Positions 1 to 6,974 of a stretch of DNA of 20,000 bases are shown one piece after another. The notes below the pieces were generated by a model. The model was not told the origin of the DNA and did no database searches. It saw only the letters and a program-made list of their open reading frames with translations. Where the stretch lies: IMG/VR virus record IMGVR_UViG_3300033562_001302; one strand, 5' to 3'. Position 1 is the stretch's first letter. Each line of letters opens with the position of its first letter. The position numbers were made by a program, and so were the translations under genes. Source of the stretch: an uncultured virus (IMG/VR IMGVR_UViG_3300033562_001302) (Duplodnaviria > Heunggongvirae > Uroviricota > Caudoviricetes).

Positions 1-240
1 GAAGCTGTAAATAATTCATCAGTAGTTAATCATTTCCGAAATACTACTATGAATGGTACATCCAAAGATAAACTAAATAGTATGCAACAAACAGCTGCTA
101 AAAATTCATTTAATACTGGTCGTAATGGTCCTGGAAATATGAGAGATAATGTTGTTAATGCTGGACACAGCTTTAAACCATCTGCTGAGAGTATACGAAC
201 TCAAGCTACAAATGCTTTACAAAAACGTAAAGCTAAATAA
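1..240 (+). CDS. 5'-truncated hypothetical protein (C-terminal part, basic end); possibly another member of the leader-cargo array
   Basis: Frame +1 is open from base 1 (gaa gct gta aat...) to TAA at 238-240, so the ATG at 49 is probably internal. Ends NALQKRKAK. Confidence 0.75.
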   Translation, partial: EAVNNSSVVNHFRNTTMNGTSKDKLNSMQQTAAKNSFNTGRNGPGNMRDNVVNAGHSFKPSAESIRTQATNALQKRKAK

Positions 241-279
241 ACTTTATAATTTGTAAAGTTAAATAAATAAGGATAAAAA

Positions 280-531
280 ATGAAATTAGATTTAATATTA
301 GAAAATATTAGAAACAAATATACACTTGGTTTATTAGAAGAATCAACTGTATCAGGATTAGATGAGAAATCCGTTCTTCAAGGTAAAATAATGATTAACG
401 AGGCTACAATGACTCTTAGAGGTATATTGCTTGAAGAGGGTGTTATGGCAGGTGTTAAAGGTGCTTTAGCAAATGATTTCGCTAAAATTATTGAAGAATC
501 TGCTTTAATAACTGAACCGAATAAAGAATAA
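280..531 (+). CDS. Leader-family protein A: 73-aa conserved leader plus only 10 further residues; putative internal head/prohead-core protein
   Basis: AAGGA RBS. N-terminal 73 aa nearly identical to ORFs at 1630 and 2340. Contains ILE, LLEE, INE, LLEE and IIEE motifs. Confidence 0.8.
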   Translation: MKLDLILENIRNKYTLGLLEESTVSGLDEKSVLQGKIMINEATMTLRGILLEEGVMAGVKGALANDFAKIIEESALITEPNKE

Positions 532-540
532 GTAGTCGTT

Positions 541-975
541 ATGACTACTTATTCCAAACTTCTTTTAGAAAATACAAAGCTAAAACTTATTAACAAATCA
601 ATTCTTGAAGCAACTTCTATTGAACATGCTAAAAGGTCAACATTGATTCTTGAATCAATGTTTGAAGAGTTTTCTGAAATTTTAGGTGATGTTGGTGATG
701 CTTATAATTCGGCAGCAGATGGTACTCAACAGTTGATTAACAGAAATTTTAATCCCGCAACTGTAAAGGATTCAGCTTTAACAACATCAGGTTATATAAC
801 AGCTGATAAAAATAGTGATGAAGAAGTTCTATTTGATAAATTCAGAGCGGATATGAATAGAATTAAAGAAAATAATGATGCTGCTAAATTAAATATTGGT
901 TTAGCTAGTGGTCTAGCTGGTGCAGCTCTTGGTGCAGGTGGTTTAACATTAGCTCAAAGATACGCTAGAAGATAA
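541..975 (+). CDS. Divergent leader-family protein with C-terminal glycine-zipper hydrophobic helix
   Basis: KLLLENTKLK..ILE..LILE..FEE resembles the family leader. Ends IGLASGLAGAALGAGGLTLAQRYARR. RBS is weak. Confidence 0.7.
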   Translation: MTTYSKLLLENTKLKLINKSILEATSIEHAKRSTLILESMFEEFSEILGDVGDAYNSAADGTQQLINRNFNPATVKDSALTTSGYITADKNSDEEVLFDKFRADMNRIKENNDAAKLNIGLASGLAGAALGAGGLTLAQRYARR

Positions 976-1009
976 TTACAAAATACAGATGAACGATGAA
1001 TAAACAATC

Positions 1010-1050
1010 AACAAGGATAATTTTTATAAAAATTAATTATCTTTGTTTTT
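1010..1050 (+). terminator. Putative rho-independent terminator
   Basis: aacaaggataatt ... aattatctttgtt stem (one G-U) ending in a T run, downstream of ORF 541-975. Confidence 0.5.
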
Positions 1051-1119
1051 AATAGTATTAACAAATAAGCGTAAAATTATTAAAAACAAAGACAATCACA
1101 CAATCAAAAAGGAAACCTT

Positions 1120-1620
1120 ATGAATGAAAATAAATTAATATTAGAAAATATTAGATTAAAACAAACAAAAAAATTAGTTGAGGAATCATCTTTAAATAAT
1201 ATTGATGAAAAAATGGTACTTAGTGGTAAAATATTAATAAATGAAGCAACTAGTGTTTTAGGTAAATTATTAGAAGAGTTTGAAGGTTTTGAAACAGATC
1301 ATATTATAGATCAAAATCAAACAGATCCATCTGTTCCACAATACCAATTAATACCTGGTCAAGATAAGCCTGATTTATATAATCCAGCTTTACATCATCA
1401 ACCTGTTCAAACAGTACCAAATATTTCTGTTCAACATGAACCTATCGTACCAGTGCAATCATCACAACCAGAACAATCAACAATAGAATATGATCCAAAT
1501 GGTCAGCATGAAAAAGCTATGAGACAATTTTTAAATGATACAGGTGTAGTCGTTCCACCTGATGAACAAAATCAAAGAAAAATGCACGACATTCTCCGAA
1601 ATTTAAAAATTATGAAATAA
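1120..1620 (+). CDS. Divergent leader-family protein with P/Q/H-rich low-complexity cargo
   Basis: AAGGA RBS. LILENIR..LVEES..IDEKMVLSGKILINEAT..LLEE aligns with the family leader. Cargo is rich in Q, P and H. Confidence 0.8.
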   Translation: MNENKLILENIRLKQTKKLVEESSLNNIDEKMVLSGKILINEATSVLGKLLEEFEGFETDHIIDQNQTDPSVPQYQLIPGQDKPDLYNPALHHQPVQTVPNISVQHEPIVPVQSSQPEQSTIEYDPNGQHEKAMRQFLNDTGVVVPPDEQNQRKMHDILRNLKIMK

Positions 1621-1629
1621 GGATAAAAA

Positions 1630-2322
1630 ATGAAATTAGATTTAATATTAGAAAATATTAGAAACAAATATACACTTGGTTTATTAGAAGAATCAACTAC
1701 TGTGGGATTAGATGAGAAATCAGTTCTTCAAGGTAAAATAATGATTAACGAAGCTACTCAAAGTCTTAGAGGTATATTGATCGAAGAAGGTGTTATGGTT
1801 GGTATCAAAAATGTATTATCAAATGATTTTGCTAATATTATAGAAGAGGCTGCTTATCCAGGTCTTGGTGTAAGAGGATCTGCGCCAAGACAAGCATTAG
1901 CTGATAAAATTATTGCAAATCGTGAAAAATTAGCAAATGTTAGACAAGAGCGAGATATGTTTAAAAAACCATTAACACCACAAACGCATGATTATTTCGC
2001 TAATCAAGAAACAGGTGTTAAGAACGCTATAAATTATGATAGATTATCAGAAAGAATAAAAGGTGAACATAATCAATATTCTGATAAATTATCAGAAAGA
2101 ATAAAAGGATATGTTCCCAATAAAATGTATCAATTAAATTTAAATAATGCTATCGTTCAAGCAACAACAGGTGAAAGTGGTTTAATGTTCAAATCTAAAA
2201 ATGATGCTTTAAGAAATTTAACACCTAAACAATCAACACCAAGTACATATCACGATTCAAATACAAAGGTAAATATTTTAAACCCAGATGGTACTTTATC
2301 TGATATATATTATAAACAATAA
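1630..2322 (+). CDS. Leader-family protein B: 73-aa leader plus 157-aa unique cargo
   Basis: AAGGA RBS. Leader near-identical to ORFs 280 and 2340. Cargo contains a duplicated D(R/K)LSERIKG. Confidence 0.85.
   Translation: MKLDLILENIRNKYTLGLLEESTTVGLDEKSVLQGKIMINEATQSLRGILIEEGVMVGIKNVLSNDFANIIEEAAYPGLGVRGSAPRQALADKIIANREKLANVRQERDMFKKPLTPQTHDYFANQETGVKNAINYDRLSERIKGEHNQYSDKLSERIKGYVPNKMYQLNLNNAIVQATTGESGLMFKSKNDALRNLTPKQSTPSTYHDSNTKVNILNPDGTLSDIYYKQ
2037..2108 (+). repeat. Intragenic 27-bp direct repeat, 45-bp period
   Basis: tgatagattatcagaaagaataaaagg (2037-2063) vs tgataaattatcagaaagaataaaagg (2082-2108), 1 mismatch. Confidence 0.9.
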
Positions 2323-2339
2323 CAAAACAAGGATAAACG

Positions 2340-2843
2340 ATGAAACTAGATTTAATATTAGAAAATATTAGAAACAAATATACACTTGGTTTATTAGAAG
2401 AATCAACTGTATCAGGATTAGATGAGAAAACAGTTCTTCAAGGTAAAATAATGATTAATGAGGCTACTCAAAGTCTTAGAGGATTATTAATCGAAGAAGG
2501 TGTTATGGCTGGTGTTAAAAATGTATTAGCTAATGACTTTGCTAGCATTATAGAAGAGTCTTGGAAAGGGAATGGTTTAGACAAATCTAAACCTATATCA
2601 AAAATAGCTAGACCTATGTTAGCACATGAATTATTTACAGCTCGAAAAGATTCAATACTACCTGAAAAACATGTCACACCATTATTAGTAAATGCTCAAC
2701 GAGATGCTAAAGAAGCTTTAGCAAATCATAGAAGTAAACTTAGATTTAGAAAAAATAATCCCGATATTATTGTACCAGGCAATATTGCAAACAATCCGAA
2801 AAAAGCATTATTAGTAGATAAATCTGGTAATATTGTAAAATAA
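2340..2843 (+). CDS. Leader-family protein C: 73-aa leader plus 94-aa basic cargo
   Basis: AAGGA RBS. Leader near-identical to ORFs 280 and 1630. Cargo is K/R-rich. Confidence 0.85.
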   Translation: MKLDLILENIRNKYTLGLLEESTVSGLDEKTVLQGKIMINEATQSLRGLLIEEGVMAGVKNVLANDFASIIEESWKGNGLDKSKPISKIARPMLAHELFTARKDSILPEKHVTPLLVNAQRDAKEALANHRSKLRFRKNNPDIIVPGNIANNPKKALLVDKSGNIVK

Positions 2844-2856
2844 TTATTAAAAACAA

Positions 2857-2941
2857 AAACATCATAAACAATTGTTTATGATGTTTGGATAAAAGAACAA
2901 CCGCATTATGAAAGCAACTGTTATCCAAACACCATAAACAA
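2857..2941. promoter_or_regulatory. Perfect 30-bp palindrome overlapping a second 24-bp inverted repeat
   Basis: aaacatcataaacaattgtttatgatgttt (2857-2886) is a perfect palindrome. 2872-2895 also pairs with 2918-2941 (22/24). Regulatory role is inferred. Confidence 0.6.
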
Positions 2942-2972
2942 AAACCAAAAATATTAACAACAAAGGAATATC

Positions 2973-3686
2973 ATGTTATATCAAACGTGGAAAATAGTTT
3001 TATCACATATTCATGGTGAACTAGGTAGTGGAAATACTAAACTAGAAATAACAGATAGAGAAATAATCACAAATATTCAAGAACAAGTTATGCCAATATT
3101 TTCATCATACAGTGATAATATTAGATATTATAGAATGAGTGTTGCTGATATTGTAACTGAGTCACCTGTAGTTATTTATAAATTTAAAGATGATTTAGAA
3201 TATGGTATTTCTGAAATCAAAAGAGTTATACCAGAAGCATTGTATACAAGTTTAGATTTTTCTCAAATCAATGCTACTGGTTCAGGTGATATAACTGATT
3301 TCTTAATAAGACAAAATTATTCACAAATGTCTCAGATGGTTAGAGCTGAGACTACTTGGAAATTTGTAAGACCGGATGAATTACATGTTATAAGACCAGC
3401 TATGAGTTACGAATCATTTAACTTTATAGTGGAATATGGTGCTGTACATTTAGGTCCAGAAACAGTTGATACCTCTTTATGGCAAGAATTTTTAGATTTA
3501 GCAACAGCTAGCATTATGGTTAAAGTTGGTCGAATTCGTAAAAAATTTAATAATGTTACAACTCCATTTGGTCAAATGGAGCTAAATGCTGATGAGTTAA
3601 TAAATGATGGTAAAGAATTAAAAAGAGATGCATTAGATAGATTAAATAAAACACCAAGTTCTGATCAATTAGTCTATTTTTTATAA
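2973..3686 (+). CDS. Neck/head-completion protein, T4 gp13-like
   Basis: N-terminal ELGSGNTKLEITDREI and C-terminal LDLATASIMVKVGRIRKKFNNVTTPFGQMELNADELINDGKELKRDALDRL follow the gp13 pattern (LG..INVELT..QI; ATAL.K..WG..L.K..G..LPGG..L.G..L..EA). Confidence 0.75.
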   Translation: MLYQTWKIVLSHIHGELGSGNTKLEITDREIITNIQEQVMPIFSSYSDNIRYYRMSVADIVTESPVVIYKFKDDLEYGISEIKRVIPEALYTSLDFSQINATGSGDITDFLIRQNYSQMSQMVRAETTWKFVRPDELHVIRPAMSYESFNFIVEYGAVHLGPETVDTSLWQEFLDLATASIMVKVGRIRKKFNNVTTPFGQMELNADELINDGKELKRDALDRLNKTPSSDQLVYFL

Positions 3687-3727
3687 ACAATAATCACAAC
3701 AATCACAAAAAACAAAAGGAAACGAAA

Positions 3728-3973
3728 ATGAAATTTCAAATAAACAAACAAGTGCTTTTAAACGAAGGTGAATTTATGAATATGGTTGCAAAATCAAGTG
3801 GTGGACTTATGTCTATAGGTAATTTTGATAACGATGGTCATGTTGCTAGACTTAAAAAAATGGTTTCTGATAGAATGAAACAGAATCAAATGGCTAATCA
3901 TATGGAGAAACAAGATCCATCACATAGATATGCTACACAAACAAACGATCATACAACACCTGATCATATATAA
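3728..3973 (+). CDS. Small hypothetical protein with short MK..I.K..LLxE leader
   Basis: AAGGA RBS. Starts MKFQINKQVLLNE. Confidence 0.7.
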   Translation: MKFQINKQVLLNEGEFMNMVAKSSGGLMSIGNFDNDGHVARLKKMVSDRMKQNQMANHMEKQDPSHRYATQTNDHTTPDHI

Positions 3974-4011
3974 CAATTGTTTAATTTAACAATTAAACTA
4001 AGAGGTAGATA

Positions 4012-4401
4012 ATGAAATATATTCTAACAGATAAAATAAAATATGGCATCATTGAAGAGATGTATCATGTTAGTAGAAAGACTATCTACGGTACTATATT
4101 AAGTCCTAAAGATGGTTTAAAAGATACTATGCGTGCTTTACACGCTGAAGATGTTACGAATAAAACTAATGCTATTATTGATCATAAAATTCAAAAAATT
4201 GATGAAAGACTTCGAACTTTAAATCATATACATTTAGCTAGAGCTTACAATCCACAACAATCTTCTGAGAAACCATACGATATTCAGTCTACTCAACCTC
4301 AACCAAAACAAATATTTCTTAATCAAAAAATAAATATTCCAAAATATGATGATAAAACAAAACACGCATTAAACGCTTATAATACTATAAGTAAATATTA
4401 A
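4012..4401 (+). CDS. Hypothetical protein, possible internal head protein
   Basis: GAGG RBS. Starts MKYILTDKIKYGIIEE, followed by a basic remainder. Confidence 0.7.
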   Translation: MKYILTDKIKYGIIEEMYHVSRKTIYGTILSPKDGLKDTMRALHAEDVTNKTNAIIDHKIQKIDERLRTLNHIHLARAYNPQQSSEKPYDIQSTQPQPKQIFLNQKINIPKYDDKTKHALNAYNTISKY

Positions 4402-4415
4402 GATAAAGGATTATA

Positions 4416-5174
4416 ATGACAGTCATTATAAATAAAAAATTATTATTAGAAGACCAAATGCTTGGTGTTGTTGGTAATGATTTATTAACTAAAGCTAAAC
4501 CAATTTTAACAAATCCAGTAAAATTGGAAAAATATAATGTTAATGATGCGAAAAAATCTATTAATGATGAATTAGACAAGGATCCAGAACTACCTGAAAA
4601 AGTTGTTGAAAAAGTTAAATCTATAGAAGAATCAACATTAGGTGATGTTCAAAAAAATTTAAACTCTCCACATAAGAGTACTTTAACAAAAGCAGGACAT
4701 CTTGTTTCAAATAGAACACAAGAATCAAAAGATGGATTAGCTAATTCATTACAAGGTGCAAAAGAAGTTATAACAAATCAAATAAAAACAACTTCTAAAT
4801 CAAATGGTATTGATGGTGTAACACAACCTGTATCAAGTTTTTCTGAAAGTACAAATAATATTTTACTAAAAGTATCTAATCTTATATTAGAGGATATGCA
4901 TAGTATGACAGGTAGTGTTGGTAATTATAAACAATTAACTACTACTCAGCGTCCTAATAATACTATGAGTTCAGGACAACAAAAAGTTGAAACACATTTT
5001 GATAAAACTGTTAATTCTCCAACAAGACAATTGAAACAAGGTGAAAAAGTAAATGTTGCTAACAAATTAGGACAAGAAACATCTAGTCTTCAACAAGTTC
5101 GAGATAATTTAAAAAAATTAAATAATATGAGTAAATCTGTGTCATCCACAACACCCACAATACCTAATACATAA
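4416..5174 (+). CDS. Hypothetical low-complexity (S/T/K/N/Q) protein with several I/L-x-E motifs
   Basis: AAGGA RBS. Starts MTVIINKKLLLED. Internal IEE, FSE and LILE. Confidence 0.75.
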   Translation: MTVIINKKLLLEDQMLGVVGNDLLTKAKPILTNPVKLEKYNVNDAKKSINDELDKDPELPEKVVEKVKSIEESTLGDVQKNLNSPHKSTLTKAGHLVSNRTQESKDGLANSLQGAKEVITNQIKTTSKSNGIDGVTQPVSSFSESTNNILLKVSNLILEDMHSMTGSVGNYKQLTTTQRPNNTMSSGQQKVETHFDKTVNSPTRQLKQGEKVNVANKLGQETSSLQQVRDNLKKLNNMSKSVSSTTPTIPNT

Positions 5175-5197
5175 TAAATATTATATAAAGGATAAAA

Positions 5198-5527
5198 ATG
5201 TTACAGATAGATAATGCTTTATATAATAATCAAAACAATACTATGATTATGGATGCATTTACAAATGATAGTATTGTTGGAAATGTTTTTTTAGATAATA
5301 TACAGTTTTTAAAACATCCTGATAATATTATTGAAATTGATTGTAGTGATGATTATAAATATAGACCTGATAAATTAGCAAAACAATATTATGGTGATGC
5401 TAATTATTTTCAAATAATATTGTTAGCTAATAATATAGGAACTCTTTTTCATTTTGTACCATCAAAATGGAATAATAAAATTAAATTAATAAAAACAAAA
5501 GTAATTGAAGATTTATTAAAATTATAA
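5198..5527 (+). CDS. Baseplate wedge protein, T4 gp53/LysM-like
   Basis: YRPDKLAKQYYGDANYFQIILLANNI matches the gp53/P2 gpX-type LysM signature RPD.LA..YYG....W.IL..N.I. Confidence 0.75.
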   Translation: MLQIDNALYNNQNNTMIMDAFTNDSIVGNVFLDNIQFLKHPDNIIEIDCSDDYKYRPDKLAKQYYGDANYFQIILLANNIGTLFHFVPSKWNNKIKLIKTKVIEDLLKL

Positions 5528-5543
5528 AAAATAGGAAATTAAT

Positions 5544-6596
5544 ATGGATACAGAAAAAACAGAAAAAAGTGAAAAAAGTGAGAAAACAGTTCAATTAAAT
5601 ATTTTACGCTTACAAAAATATCCAAAACATTATAAAACTTTTTTAACTAATATTAAAACAGTTTTACAAAAAATTGGATCAAGTAGCAAAACGAAAGCAA
5701 TTCACGAAGTCGTTGAAAAAGAAATAGTTCATTTAGGTTTTGGTACAGTTGATATTAGTGGAAGAACTGCATCAGAATTCGGTTCACAAACAATGAGCTC
5801 TGGGAAATTAAATGCCTTAGTAGCAGATGTTAAAAATGTGGTTGATGCTTCTGATAGAACTGAGGCAGCAAAACTATATACTAAATTTGTAACAGCTTCA
5901 CAAGAATTATCTAAAGCTAAAACAACTATAACTGATGCAACAGAAATAAATATAAATAGAATTGAAAAAGAATTAGAACAAACTTTAACAGATATAATTG
6001 ATTTGATAGATTTCTTTAAATTAGTAGATGTTTATTATTATTTATATATTGAAGCATTGGCTAAAACAGGTATCAAAGGTAAAGGTAAAATAAAATTATT
6101 TGAAACTTTACATGAAGTACTTAGAGACAGTGCTTTAAAAACTGTTAAGAAGTATTCAAAAGATGATTTAACATCTGATAAATTAAATAGATTTGATGTA
6201 GCGTTTGATTATATATTTACAGCAAACTTTACTGGAGCATCAACTGGGTCTATTATGAGTAAATTAAATGGTATTCATGGTAAAGACAAAACAGAATTTT
6301 TAAGAGAAATGGGTGTAACAAAATATACCAATTATAAAAATCTTGGTGAAATATTAACTAAAGCCCATGTTATAAATATTACTGATAATATGATCATGAA
6401 AGAACTTGCTAAAAACGCAGGTGAAAAAATAGAAACTATTATCGAAGGCGATATGGTTGAAGTAGTTGCATATTTAATAAGTACTTTATATAAATCAACA
6501 TTGTTTGAATCAAAAGTTATAAACGAAGAATCTCAAAAAAGATTAGAAGAATTAGTTTTAAATTTTAAAAGAGATTTGGTTGTTTCTAAATCATAA
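5544..6596 (+). CDS. Hypothetical 350-aa, mostly alpha-helical protein
   Basis: Long ORF with AGGA RBS. N-terminal (T/S)EK x4. No motif recognised. Confidence 0.8.
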   Translation: MDTEKTEKSEKSEKTVQLNILRLQKYPKHYKTFLTNIKTVLQKIGSSSKTKAIHEVVEKEIVHLGFGTVDISGRTASEFGSQTMSSGKLNALVADVKNVVDASDRTEAAKLYTKFVTASQELSKAKTTITDATEININRIEKELEQTLTDIIDLIDFFKLVDVYYYLYIEALAKTGIKGKGKIKLFETLHEVLRDSALKTVKKYSKDDLTSDKLNRFDVAFDYIFTANFTGASTGSIMSKLNGIHGKDKTEFLREMGVTKYTNYKNLGEILTKAHVINITDNMIMKELAKNAGEKIETIIEGDMVEVVAYLISTLYKSTLFESKVINEESQKRLEELVLNFKRDLVVSKS

Positions 6597-6613
6597 TTAT
6601 ACGAGGATACACT

Positions 6614-6898
6614 ATGAAAATACATTTAAATAAACATTTGATTACAGAATGTATGTTCAACTCAATAAATGAGAATTCTGCAGAGTTCTCACAGATGTTA
6701 AGAAGTAATACTGTTAATGGTGGAAATTTGACAAACGAACAATTACATACTCATTCAGTTATGGGAAATGGTAACGATGCATATATACAAGCTATGTATG
6801 CAGATAGGCGGTTAAAAGATAAAGCTTTGAGTATAAATGCAAATGATGAAAAATTAAATTTATTGAATAGAAATTCAAGAGGTGTTATAATCTCTTGA
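6614..6898 (+). CDS. Small hypothetical protein with MKI.L.K.LIxE leader
   Basis: GAGGA RBS. Starts MKIHLNKHLITE, with INE nearby. TGA stop. Confidence 0.7.
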   Translation: MKIHLNKHLITECMFNSINENSAEFSQMLRSNTVNGGNLTNEQLHTHSVMGNGNDAYIQAMYADRRLKDKALSINANDEKLNLLNRNSRGVIIS

Positions 6899-6933
6899 AT
6901 TTCTAATTCTTGTGCTTAATTTCTGAAAAATTT

Positions 6934-6970
6934 ATAAATTGATATGATTAGTTCATATCAATTTATTCTT
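6934..6970 (+). terminator. Putative terminator hairpin
   Basis: Perfect 14-bp stem ataaattgatatga-ttagt-tcatatcaatttat, then tctt, just after ORF 6614-6898. Confidence 0.55.
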
Positions 6971-6974
6971 GTGG

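Larger units (their letters stand above)
265..2558 (+). repeat. Three dispersed direct repeats of ~220-235 bp (265-498, 1615-1848, ~2329-2558) covering RBS and leader-coding sequence
   Basis: Copies 1 and 2 are identical over 84 bp (265-348 vs 1615-1698). All three are identical over codons 4-23. Similarity stops right after the IIEE codons. Confidence 0.95.

Noticed and set aside
49..240. ATG at 49 as a gene start
   Set aside because: The frame is open from base 1 and there is no RBS before 49, so the gene begins upstream of the window.
265..2558. Leader repeats as a CRISPR array or as DGR template/variable repeats
   Set aside because: The repeats are ~220 bp, coding and irregularly spaced. 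Differences are not restricted to adenines of one copy, and no reverse transcriptase or cas gene is in the window.
3972..3998. Small overlapping palindromes (aacaattgtt; gtttaatt-taac-aattaaac), and a similar one at 13594-13609
   Set aside because: Short and nearly all A/T, so expected by chance at this composition.
5550..5585. 9-bp tandem repeat encoding (T/S)EK x4
   Set aside because: Real but short, in-frame low complexity at a probably disordered N-terminus, with no sign of phase variation.
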